A stretch of DNA of 63,958 bases, counting the filler, from Octopus bimaculoides (lineage: Eukaryota): the NCBI RefSeq assembly GCF_001194135.2. It is 3 parts of 3 records of this genome, joined end to end, with 100 filler letters (N's around TTAATTAATTAA, not from the genome) between each part and the next. Parts side by side here need not be neighbours in the genome. Positions count along the whole stretch, not along the records: positions 1 to 30,491 come from NC_068984.1; 2 more parts are not named here. One strand, 5' to 3'. The position numbers were made by a program, and so were the translations under genes. Shown here one piece after another: positions 1-11,579 of this stretch. The number at the start of each line of letters is the position of its first letter. Within the stretch, counting starts at the first letter, position 1. Below the pieces are notes generated by a model, which had not been told where the DNA came from, did no database searches, and saw only the letters and a program-made list of their open reading frames with translations.

Positions 1-8
1 TATATACA

Positions 9-346
9 GTGAAGGTGCATGGCTCAGTGGTTAGAGTGTCAAGCTTACAATCGCGAGGTTGTGAGTTTGAATCCTGGACCGAGCTGCGTCTTGTGTTCTT
101 GAGCAAGACACTTTATTTCACGTTTCTCCAGTTCACTCAGCTGTAGAAAGGAGTTGCGACATCACAGGTGCCAAGCTGTATCAGCCTTTGCTTTTCTCTT
201 GGATAACACTGGTAGCATGGAGAGGGGAGGCTGGTATGCATGGGCGACCGCTGGTCTTCCATAAACAACCTTGCCCGGACTTGTGCCTGGGAGGGTAACA
301 TTCTAGGTGCAATCTCATGGTCAGTCATGACCGAAGGGGGTCTCAG
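9..346 (+). mobile_element. tRNA-derived SINE (family S1), full length
   Basis: A-box TGGCTCAGTGG and B-box GAGTTTGAATCC, then TGTGTTCTTGAGCAAGACAC central domain; closely similar copy on the minus strand at 54285-54628. Confidence 0.85.
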
Positions 347-2080
347 CATATATATATGCATGTATGTATGTATGTATGTATGCATGTGCATGTATATATG
401 TAAGTATGTATATGCAAACACATACAAGTGAGGAAGGAGAAAAGTGAATATCAATTTGTAAAAATATTGTAATATTTGATACTTTTTATTGGAAACTGAA
501 ACTTCACAAATTAGTCTGAATTCCATGTTTTTCACCTTCATATAATTATGATCACTGGAACTTAAGAAAAAATAAGTAATACACATACATTGAAGATGTC
601 TGAATAACATGTCAAAAAGAAAATGTAGAATAATATGGAATATTGAATAAGATATTGCATCATGTGTATGATTGTTGTATATTAAATGAAAGTAAAATGT
701 TTAAGATTTTAAAGTCATAAAAAGATAATGTAGGAAACATTGTTGATGAAAGAAACGTTGATTAAGAAAAAAAGTCATGTAAAAAAGGGGAAAGGAAGAG
801 AGGATGAAATGAAAGAAAAATGAAGAGGTGAGCATGAATAAGAAAAAGATCCTTGTAAAGAAGAAATTTGTTGGCATAAAGATACATATATTCAAAACAA
901 TAAAATGCAAGTGTTGAAGTCATATAAAATATATGAATATATGAATATATATGAAATTCATAAAAAAAAATTGATGAAAGACAAAGAAAACTAAAATAAG
1001 GTTGGAGTTAAAATTAAACTTAAAAGAGGATTAACAGGTGTAAAGGAAATGAAAAATTTATCTGAAGGGAAATTTTGCCAATGGGAAAGATAGAATGTAA
1101 TATCAAAAATGAATAGTAAATGTGTAAATTGGTGAGTTTATACAAGATAGTGACCTTAAGATCTAAAAAAATAAACAATTCTAAGAAAAAATTTAGTGTT
1201 AAGGATTTGTTATATAAAATAGTAGTGTAGAAATAATCAGTGTGGAAATAATATATAAAATGGTGGAGCAAGGTGCTATTGCTCAATGAGAAGATTGAAG
1301 AAAACTAACCAACAGGTAATGAAATGTTATACAGCAAATATTTTGAGGCATACCTGTAAGAATTTAAAAGTACAGATCATTTATGTAATGTGTATGTGTT
1401 TTTAATGTTAGCTTTAATTTACTAATCAAGCATTTAGCCATTTTGTGAACTCGTTTTTCACTTTTGTACTTTATTTCTATTTTCACTGATGAAATTCCTC
1501 TTCAAACTACTTTTTTACTTTTTCTTACTTCAGCTAATCTTTTCATTTGACTTCAATCCCACCCCCGCAACACACACACAAACGTGCACACACACATGCA
1601 AACACACACATACACAGATCACACACACATGCAAACACAAATTTATAAACCATTTCACTTCAAATTCTATTTCATTTCTTTTAGACCTGTCAATCCCCTT
1701 CTAACTTTAACATTATTTTTTTGCCTTTCATTCATTATCTTTTTCTGGCATGCATACATACATGCATACATACAAACATATATACATATTCAGTAACCCC
1801 TCGCCATATGGCAGTTCACATATCGTAGTTTATTATTTAAGCTTATGTTGATTCCTCCATGAGGTTGTTTTGCATTCATAATAAAATTAAATATATACAA
1901 ATTATAGAAATAATAAAAAAAATTTACAGTACAGTACTGTTTCTACTTTGTGGTTTTTCACCTATTGCAGGGAGTTTTGGAAAGTTACACCTATGATAGT
2001 CAAGGGATTACTGTATATCTGCATATATGCACAAGGATGACATGCATATTTGTGAAGCATTCTGTATTCTTTTAATACGT

Positions 2081-2238
2081 GGAGGTGTAGCTTTGTGATA
2101 AGAAGCTTGATTCCCAACCACATAGTTCTGGGTTCAGTCCCACTGCATGGCACATTGAGAAAGTATTTTCTACTATAACTTCAAGCCAACCAAAGCCTTG
2201 TGAGTGGATTTGGTAGGCTGAAATGGGAAGAAGCCCAT
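2081..2238 (+). mobile_element. tRNA-derived SINE (family S2, CORE-like central motif)
   Basis: GGTTCAGTCCCACTG B-box-like motif and AAAGCCTTGTGAGTGGATTTGGTAG body; related copies near 16841, 32747, 39950, 42740, 54040 and 58090. Confidence 0.75.
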
Positions 2239-2574
2239 CATCATCATCATCATCATCATCGTTTAACGTCCGCTTTCCATGCTAGCATGGGTTGGACGAT
2301 TTGACTGAGGACTGGTGCAACCGGATGGCTACACCAGGATCCAATCTAATTTGGCAGAGTTTCTACAGCTGGATGCCCTTCTTAACGCCAACCACTCAGA
2401 GAGTGTAGTAGGTGCTTTTACGTGTCACCCGCACGAAAACGGCCACGCTCGAAATGGTGTCTTTTATGTGCCACCCGCACAAGAGCCAGTCCAGGGGCAC
2501 TGGCAACGATCTCGCTCAAAAACCCTACAAGGCCAGTCAGGCGGTACTGGCAACGGTCACGCTCAGGATGGTAC
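2239..2574 (-). mobile_element. 3' end of RTE-clade LINE (or RTE-tailed SINE) with (GAT)n tail
   Basis: Reverse complement of GGTTGGCGTTAGGAAGGGCATCCAGCTG...GGAAAGCGGACGTTAAACGATGATGATG; the same tail family is linked to RTE coding sequence at 24640-25840 and 37645-38037. Confidence 0.75.
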
Positions 2575-3413
2575 NNNNNNNNNNNNNNNNNNNNNNNNNN
2601 NNNNNNNNNNNNNNNNNNNNNNNNNNNNNNNNNNNNNNNNNNNNNNNNNNNNNNNNNNNNNNNNNNNNNNNNNNNNNNNNNNNNNNNNNNNNNNNNNNNN
2701 NNNNNNNNNNNNNNNNNNNNNNNNNNNNNNNNNNNNNNNNNNNNNNNNNNNNNNNNNNNNNNNNNNNNNNNNNNNNNNNNNNNNNNNNNNNNNNNNNNNN
2801 NNNNNNNNNNNNNNNNNNNNNNNNNNNNNNNNNNNNNNNNNNNNNNNNNNNNNNNNNNNNNNNNNNNNNNNNNNNNNNNNNNNNNNNNNNNNNNNNNNNN
2901 NNNNNNNNNNNNNNNNNNNNNNNNNNNNNNNNNNNNNNNNNNNNNNNNNNNNNNNNNNNNNNNNNNNNNNNNNNNNNNNNNNNNNNNNNNNNNNNNNNNN
3001 NNNNNNNNNNNNNNNNNNNNNNNNNNNNNNNNNNNNNNNNNNNNNNNNNNNNNNNNNNNNNNNNNNNNNNNNNNNNNNNNNNNNNNNNNNNNNNNNNNNN
3101 NNNNNNNNNNNNNNNNNNNNNNNNNNNNNNNNNNNNNNNNNNNNNNNNNNNNNNNNNNNNNNNNNNNNNNNNNNNNNNNNNNNNNNNNNNNNNNNNNNNN
3201 NNNNNNNNNNNNNNNNNNNNNNNNNNNNNNNNNNNNNNNNNNNNNNNNNNNNNNNNNNNNNNNNNNNNNNNNNNNNNNNNNNNNNNNNNNNNNNNNNNNN
3301 NNNNNNNNNNNNNNNNNNNNNNNNNNNNNNNNNNNNNNNNNNNNNNNNNNNNNNNNNNNNNNNNNNNNNNNNNNNNNNNNNNNNNNNNNNNNNNNNNNNN
3401 NNNNNNNNNNNNN

Positions 3414-3610
3414 TGGCCGTTTTCGTGCGGGTGACACGTAAAAGCACCCACTACACTCTCTGAGTGGTTGGCGTTAGGAAGGGCATCCAGCTGTAGAAAC
3501 TCTGCCAAATCAGATTGGAGCCTGGTGTTGCCATCCTGTTTCACTAGTCCTCAGTCAAATCGTCCAACCCATGCTAGCATGGAAAGCGGACGTTAAACGA
3601 TGATGATGAT
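3414..3610 (+). mobile_element. 3' end of RTE-clade LINE with (GAT)n tail
   Basis: Near-exact inverted copy of 2239-2445 on the other side of the N gap. Confidence 0.75.
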
Positions 3611-3639
3611 ATATGTATGCATTTGTGTATGTGTATGTG

Positions 3640-3845
3640 TGTATGTGTTTGTCCCCCACTGTCACTTGACAACCGATGTTAGTGTGTTTACATCCTTATA
3701 ACTTAGTAGTTTAGCAAAAAATACCGATAGAATAAGTACTAGGCTTACAAAGAATAAGTCCTAGAGTTGATTTCTTTGACTAAAACCCTTTAAGGCAGTG
3801 CTCCAGCATGACTGCAGTAAAATGAATGAAATAAGTAAAAGAATA
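3640..3845 (+). mobile_element. SINE body/tail (family S3)
   Basis: CTTGACAACCGATGTT...GATAGAATAAGTAC...GTGCTCCAGCATG...GAAATAAGTAAAAGAA; related pieces near 36290, 43040-43345, 53880 and 57860. Confidence 0.6.
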
Positions 3846-4599
3846 TAAATACACCCCCCCCCACACANNNNNNNNNNTATATATATATATATATATATAT
3901 ATAAAAGTATATACACACATACAAAAATATATTCATACCTCCATATACACATACATATATTGATAGAAAGCTGGATCGATAGAATTCAATCATATGAATG
4001 TAATAATAAGCAATAAGAAAGAAATCAATGCTACCAGCAAAATAAGGATGCTTGGTATTTATTTCTCTTTTTACACCATGACCAGATGTTATGACTAGTC
4101 TCCACAGAAGAGGCGACAGTTATCATATCTGGCCATGTTTTAAAGAGAAGACTAACACCAAATATATATATACATACATATACATATATACATACAAAAA
4201 CACATATACATATATATGCATATGTAATATACATGCAAATATTACATACATGCCTACATATGCATATATAACATAATATAAACATGCATACATAACATAA
4301 ACACATACACACACACACACGTACGTACATATATACACATACATCACTGGTGTGAGTAATTTTATATACATAGATTAACTCTTTCTAATTTGGATGGGTA
4401 GATTTATGATGTTGCTTTGGTGTCTTGGTTTAGCTTTAACTGAACATGCTTTAGGAGAGTCTTTGATTGACATCAGAAATATAATAAGTAAAATACAGAG
4501 CAAGAAAGAGAAAGTGAGGGATATAGTGATAGAAAAAAAAGAAAAGTGTGGGAGACATGTTGAAAGATATATTTGCAGGAGTTATTCTTGATAGGTTCA

Positions 4600-5130
4600 T
4601 TTAGCACATTGAAATATCCCTTCTTCCTAAGTTTCAATCAGGTTTGCTTGTAGGACAAGGAACCAATGACATGATATGTTCAACTTGGTTATTACAAGAA
4701 AAAAATGGATTGAACAGCAACTTGATCTCTATCATTGCTTTATTGACCTTATCAAGGCCTTTGATTCAATTGATCATGATGCATTATTGGTAATTCACAG
4801 AAAAACTTGGTTATCCTAATAAATTTAAAAGTATTAGCAAGTCCTTTGATGACAAGATGAGAGCACATGTTGTAATTGATGGAGACTCATTTTCAATCAG
4901 TGGCTGAGTGAAACAGGATAATATAAATGTTCCTGCGTAATTTGCCATGTACCTTGCAATAGTTTTTTCAGTCACTTTCAGAGATTACTATGAGAATATT
5001 TATGAATGCTACTGCACAAAAGTTATTCAATCTCACGTGTTTTAACTCTAAATCATACGTTTTTGTTTTTCATCTGTATGCTGATGACTGTGTTATTGTG
5101 ACACACAATGAAAAATAACTTCAAACTCCC
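4600..5130 (+). pseudogene. Decayed RTE-clade reverse transcriptase
   Basis: Manual translation gives QEK-WIEQQLDLYHCFIDLIKAFDSIDHDAL and LYADDCVIVTH, with frameshifts and stops. Confidence 0.7.
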
Positions 5131-5220
5131 TTGGTTGAAATTTCATTGGTCTGATTTGAGGGAGATGTGACCACTGTTTCAAATAATGAGAATCACCATG
5201 TTGATCAACCATGTTGATGT

Positions 5221-5400
5221 GAAGGCATGTGGCCTAGTGGTTAAGGTGTTGGACTCATGATCATAGGATTGTGGTTTCAGTTCCTGAACCAAGCAACATG
5301 TGTTCTTGGGCAAAACACTTCGTTTTATGTTGCTTCAGTCCACTCAACTGGCAAAAATGAGTCATTTTTGTGATGGACTGGTGTTCTGTCTAGTGGATAA
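5221..5400 (+). mobile_element. Degenerate tRNA-derived SINE head related to S1
   Basis: TGGCCTAGTGGTTAAG A-box, degenerate B-box, TGTGTTCTTGGGCAAAACAC domain. Confidence 0.6.
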
Positions 5401-5511
5401 ATATATATATATATATAAGTTGTAGAAACTGGTAAATCAGTCCTTATGACTCCATANNNNNNNNNNAGAATGCTTTATGTTTGATATCTCTCTCTCCATC
5501 TATTCATCCAT

Positions 5512-5548
<37 letters not shown>

Positions 5549-5551
<3 letters not shown>

Positions 5552-5928
5552 AAGGAAAATGGACAACAAAAAACCAAGGCAGGATGAGTATCTCAGGTCA
5601 TTTAGAAGGCCAAGGATCCATAGCTTCATGGAAGTTCGGACTAACTTCCATATTCTCTGGAACAAGATAAACTGTGAATTTTAATCTCCTGTTTTTATTC
5701 TTCTATCTACCATTTTATTCTTTGATACACTGTGAATTCTTTGTCTGGACCTTTCCTACATACACATCTTGTCTCTGATAATGGAATACCCAGTGTATGA
5801 ACATATGGGATATCCAAGAAACAACTGTAAGACATTAATTACTTCTACTTTTTTTTATTTACCCATTTTTGATTCACATGACCTGAGATATTCGTCCTGC
5901 GTTGGTTTTGTTGTCCATTTTCCTTTGA
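5549..5928. mobile_element. MITE-like element with ~50 bp terminal inverted repeats (TIRs) and an internal hammerhead-like motif
   Basis: Left GAAGGAAAATGGACAACAAAAAACCAAGGCAGGATGAGTATCTCAGGTCAT versus right ATGACCTGAGATATTCGTCCTGCGTTGGTTTTGTTGTCCATTTTCCTTTG; TA-repeat flanks. Confidence 0.8.
5771..5833 (+). ncRNA. Degenerate minimal type-I hammerhead ribozyme (family H1)
   Basis: Helix I GTCT/AGAC; core CTGATAA (G8A); helix II TGGAATACCCA/TGGGATATCCA; GAAA-CAACTGT-A (near-palindromic helix III, GUA cleavage triplet). Confidence 0.6.
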
Positions 5929-6086
5929 TATATACCTGCTGACTCAGAAGTCTACTATGGATCCCTAGCTCCAGCCTTAGCTGTGAACTTGGAACTTAAC
6001 AGATGACTAATTATAGCATTTACACAGCATAGCTATTGGTTTAGATTATCAGTGAACTAAAGAACCAAACCCCACATATTCTCTCC

Positions 6087-6160
<74 letters not shown>

Positions 6161-8531
6161 TTTATTTCCATGCAGGAAATAAATTTCTGTTGAGAAAGGT
6201 TTAAAAGTAATTGAAGATACAGAAGAAAATTCAGTGAAAAGTGTTCAAATAATCCATAGAAATTCAAATATTCAATAAATTTCACAGTAATTGAAAGTAA
6301 CAAAAGATCAATTATTTGAGGAATTTCACAACAATATTACATGATTGAGATTTCAGTGGGTTTCAAAGCAACAAGATACATTAACAATAAAATATGGTGA
6401 AGTTTTTAAAAGTAGGAAGAAAGAAAATATTTTTATAATTTCTGCCTTGGTACATGAAGGGAAATTCTTCCTCATTGGTTTCTGGTAAGAATTTGAATGT
6501 TTTTAAGCTGAAATTGTTGTTTTGTATGCATATTGGTTTTTATGATATAGGTCCAAGTCCTGATAGGTTAAAAACTCAATAAGGTTATTTACCCTTATCC
6601 ATCTGTGGTCAAGAGTTTTGGTTGTCCAACTGTCTAAATATGACATTTGTTCTTTCTGGTCATATAGTTTAGTTTGACATTCTAGCTGGTTGACCTGGTG
6701 ATAGCATTGGCTTATCAACTGCTTTTGTCCCTTGTTCCTGTCTAATAGAGGTCCAGTTTCCCAGTTGGCTGATTTCTTTCATAAATCATTTGTTTATCAA
6801 ATGTTTTGGTCACTTGTTTTTGCCTGATAGTCTTCCAGTATTTCAGTTGGCTAATTCCCTTAAGATGCCACTTGTTTTTCTGCTTTCGTGATCATTTGAA
6901 TGTTTATTTCTTTTTACTAGAAGTTCAGTTTTGACCAAAAATAACATCTAATTGATTAATCCTTAGTGACGTTGGCAAATAGTGTTGTGAAATGTGAAAG
7001 GTGTAATTGTACAGTAGATTGAAGTAAGGGTTTTGAATTGCAGAGAATGCCTGTTACTTCATCTTTTGATTCTTATAGACATTGTTTCTAGTCATTTTTA
7101 GTTGGGTTGAATAAACTGAGTTTTCTCATTATATTGTGTTGCTGTAGGGTATCTAGTTGTGGTTTATATTTCTTAATAAACATATTTTCTTAATTTAATC
7201 AGAATTGGGCTAGAGTTAGCCTGATACGTTGAGAGAAAAAATTTGGTATTTAAGATGTTTGTTTGTGAGGTACAAACCTTATCAATACTACAGCATTAAC
7301 TAAAATACAGTCAACAACATTGATTGATATGCGCCTGTACAGAATTGCCTCTCTTAGGTATTTCCTATTGATAATGGTTAAAGAGCTAGAAACAGCGATG
7401 TCTGGGAATACTGATAAGGGTCAACTCCCAAGCACGCACACATCATCATCATCAAATTATGTATGTGGTCAGCTCTATAGTGAAAATTTCATCAATGAAA
7501 CACTATTAATATATGTGTTGTTGAAAAGCAAGAGGTTGTGGTATTTATTAAAGAAAAATCCCTTTGCAGAAAACTTGTGTTTAAATTCACAAATATACTT
7601 CAGAGACAGGCAAAATAAAATTGCCTCAAAAGTTACAATGGGAGCAACAGATATGTATTTTGCTATTGTTACAGTTTCTTAATGTCACATACTCATGTCA
7701 AACCTGAAACAAATTTGAATCATCTAGTCTGAAGTATATAGAGGAAGTACATAAACTATACACTGGTTTGCAAAAACACTGCATAAGCTGAATAAAATAC
7801 AAAATATGCAATAGAAGCAGCTCTATAATATAAACTTTATCAATATAACATACTTAATGTATGTGTATAGTAGAAAAGCTCTAGGCTGCAGTTTTCATCA
7901 AGGAAAATCCCCTTTAAAGATATATAATATTAAAAATCCCAATATACTACAGATTTAGATAAAACAAAATCACCCCTAAAGTGACAATAAGAGCAGTAGA
8001 TACAAATTTTGCTATTCATGTGGATTCTCAATCTTATGTACTCATGTTACCTCTTCACACTCTTCATCTCTTCTACCACTCTCTTTACTTAACATTCAGT
8101 TTTATATTGTGCTCAGCCTTGCACTTCTACTCATTCTCTTGTTTCTTTTTCTTGTTTGTTTTAAATTTTCTTTATTCCTTTCAACATTGCTTTGCCATCA
8201 TTTCCTTACTCTTGTTTTCTTTTCTAGATTTGTTTGTTTCATTCTCTAACAGTTTATCACATTCTGTCCTTATCTCCTTTTTTTTCTTCTCTTCACTCTT
8301 GCCTTTATTTGTATTGTATTTCTCTACAATTAATGTTTTACATTTTTATCTCCCTTCCCTTATGTTATTATTAGCTTTATATTTATATCTTAACAAAAGA
8401 GAGATCGAAGATCAAATTATGTTTCGAAAGATTAAGTTAAAAAGATGTGTATGTGTCTGTGAGTACCTGTGTGTGCATCTGCACGCATGCACACACACAC
8501 ATGTATATATACATATCTATCTATCTATTTA

Positions 8532-8600
<69 letters not shown>

Positions 8601-8860
8601 NNNNNNNNNNNNNNNNNNNNNNNNNNNNNNNNNNNNNNNNNNNNNNNNNNNNNNNNNNNNNNNNNNNNNNNNNNNNNNNNNNNNNNNNNNNNNNNNNNNN
8701 NNNNNNNNNNNNNNNNNNNNNNNNNNNNNNNNNNNNNNNNNNNNNNNNNNNNNNNNNNNNNNNNNNNNNNNNNNNNNNNNNNNNNNNNNNNNNNNNNNNN
8801 NNNNNNNNNNNNNNNNNNNNNNNNNNNNNNNNNNNNNNNNNNNNNNNNNNACATATATAC

Positions 8861-8903
<43 letters not shown>

Positions 8904-9659
8904 TACATACATACATACATATATATATATCACGCACGTTTTATATACATATATATAAGTATATACATTTACAGATATACATATGTATTACACATAATTA
9001 AATGTGTATCTGTTTGTATTTATTCCTACTCCTTCACCCATATACAAATTTGATATCAATAAATAAAATAAATAGCCAAACAACAACAACAACAACAACA
9101 ACAATAACAGCAGCAAGTGAATAGCAAGAAAGAAAAAATCATACAAAAATGCATAGAAACAAAGAAAAGCAAAATGAAATGAAAGAATAAACATAAGAAA
9201 AATAGAAAAAAAAAAATCAATATGAGAGAGATACCTTGTCAAAGCCACAAATATGCTCATGTATATATGTAAGACCCAGTGATGGTCAAAACCAATGTAT
9301 GGAACAATGTAATGGAACCACATCAAAAGAAAATATCTAACATTTTGATTTAAAAATGAGTTAACAATTTTAAAAATATTTTTGTATATGGTCTCTTTTT
9401 TTATTTGCCTCACATTTAGAATAATGTCTACTGAACACTATTAATTTCGAACAAATGATAATAGAGGTTTTGTTGTTGTTGTTGCTGTTTTTATTATGAT
9501 TTTTGTTTTGGTTATTTTTGTTGTTGGTTTTTGTCTTATTATTTTTTTTGCAATATAGTTGTGTTTGTGATTAAGCTTGTTGGTGACTTTTATGTTGATT
9601 TTTTTTTTTGGTGGGGGCTTTTATCTAATGTGTCATTATTCATAATTATTATGTCATTA

Positions 9660-10040
9660 GTTTGCATTACTTACCCATCGTCATTCTTGCCCCTTGGCTA
9701 CAGTCTATCGTCACCAGCAGCAATATCACAAATACCACCACTACCAGTGGCAGCAGCAGCAGCACCACCACACCACCGACACCACCACCACCATACCACC
9801 ATCACCACCACCACGACCACCAACACCACCACGACGACCACCACCACCACCATGACCTCCAATATCACCACCATAACCGTCACTACCATCAACACCACTG
9901 CCTGACCTCTGTCACCACCACCACTTCCACTACCACTACTGCCATTACTGCCACACTCTCTGACACTACCAGCATTGCCACAATGGCTTGCAACAATGGC
10001 ACTGCCACCACCTACATCAACAACAACAACAGCAGTAGAA
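9660..10040. repeat. Cryptic (ACC/CAC)n trinucleotide repeat
   Basis: Degenerate CAC/ACC/ACT runs; similar tracts at 13540-13960 and 15220-16330. Confidence 0.9.
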
Positions 10041-10792
10041 ACATTTTTGCTACCCACTAATAACTATAACCAAAACCAATGACTCTTGTCGTGTGTTACA
10101 GTCAGACTGAATATGTGCATCTGAAAGAATCTGTCTCCAAAGTATAGGCCTGGACAAGAAATTATTATTATGGCTGATCATCAGTTGTTCATACCACCAT
10201 TGATGGCCAAGGCAAAGACAAAGCGAAGACACTTTAGTTCAATGTTACCACATGCTTTCATGTCAAAACATAAAGTGGTGGAACATATGCTGAAAGGCTT
10301 GAATTCCACGAATCCAACATTCTAAGCTGCTACTAAATTTATGATATGTCCCACATTATGATGACGTATTTTGTCATCTGTGTGACTGGCCCGAACAGCA
10401 TACCTCATTGACTAACACTACTTGCTGTGTCTGTTCACTATTTATTAGTAGTGGACCAGCCTACTTCTCACTTGGTGGTGTCTGCCACAACACTTCCCTC
10501 CTTTGAGATTTTGTTTTTCTTTCACACAACATTATTTTTCCCTTCAGAATGCCACAGGTTGAACCAGTCTATATTGTTTACCAGTAGTGTTACTAACACA
10601 TTGTGACCTGACTTACATCCTTCACATGGACTTATTATCATTAATTTTTCTTCCACACAGAATTATTTTTCTCTTCAGAATGCCACAGGTAGTACCAGTC
10701 TACATTGTTTACCAGCAGTGCTACTAACACATAGCAACCTTATTTACATTATTTACAATTGATGGATATTTCTGCTCATCTTGTTTGTTGTT

Positions 10793-10840
10793 AACACAAC
10801 GTTTTGGCTGATATACCCCACAACCTTCAGCAAGTGTCTT
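10793..10840 (-). ncRNA. Degenerate hammerhead motif, left arm of H2-A
   Basis: Minus strand GACAC-TTGCTGA-AGGTTG..CAGCC-AAAA-CGTT-GTGTT; the core is mutated. Confidence 0.6.
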
Positions 10841-10891
10841 GGGGAAATTTAAAACCTGGACTCTCATTCCTAAGGTATTTTTCAATGTTGC

Positions 10892-10963
<72 letters not shown>

Positions 10964-11082
10964 CTATGCTCTTAACCACTACACCATATGGCCCTTGGTA
11001 TATGGGGTAATGGTTAAGAGTGCGGGCTACTAACACCAAGACTCCAAGTTCGATTCCAATAATAATAATAATAATAATAATA

Positions 11083-11468
11083 GGGTGGCACATGAGATGC
11101 ACCATTTTGAGCGTGGCCGTTGCCAGTACCACCTGACTGGCTCCTGTAGNNNNNNNNNNNNNNNNNNNNNNNNNNNNNNNNNNNNNNNNNNNNNNNNNNN
11201 NNNNNNNNNNNNNNNNNNNNNNNNNNNNNNNNNNNNNNNNNNNNNNNNNNNNNNNNNNNNNNNNNNNNNNNGTGCGGGTGACACGTAAAAGCACCCACTA
11301 CACTCTCTGAGTGGTTGGCGTTAGGAAGGGCATCCAGCTGTAGAAACTCTGCCAAATCAGACTGGAGCCTGGTGTTGCCATCCGGTTTCACCAGTCCTCA
11401 GTCAAATCGTCCAACCCATGCTAGCATGGAAAGCGGACGTTAAACGATGATGATGATGATGATGATGA
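11083..11468 (+). mobile_element. RTE 3' end inserted in the (AAT)n tract of H2-A
   Basis: Same tail as 3414-3610, with the internal repeat region and an N gap. Confidence 0.75.
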
Positions 11469-11533
11469 TGAATAATAACAAAAACATCGAAAAATACCTT
11501 AGGAATGAGAACCTAGGTTCGAAATTTCCTCAA

Positions 11534-11579
11534 GACACCTGATGAAGGCTGGAGGGTATATCAGCTGAAACATTGTGTT
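11534..11579 (+). ncRNA. Minimal type-I hammerhead motif, right arm of H2-A
   Basis: GACAC-CTGATGA-A-GGCTG(gagggtatat)CAGCT-GAAA-CAT-T-GTGTT; core intact, two CpG-type changes from the inferred consensus CAGCCGAAACGTT. Confidence 0.75.

Noticed and set aside
9662-10060. Mucin-like or His-rich ORFs in CAC/ACC tracts (also 13592-13991 and 15222-16366)
   Set aside because: Cryptic trinucleotide repeats open in several frames on both strands, with no supporting splice or start context
10400-10430. TNTTCCVC/TDTTCYVC as a retroviral Env CxxC motif
   Set aside because: Too short, with no TM/fusion region or LTR context
10996-11057. tRNA genes (also at 9-80, 16928-17000, 24224-24301 and 54555-54628)
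   Set aside because: A/B boxes are present but acceptor and T stems are incomplete, and each continues into a repeat body, so these are SINE-type heads
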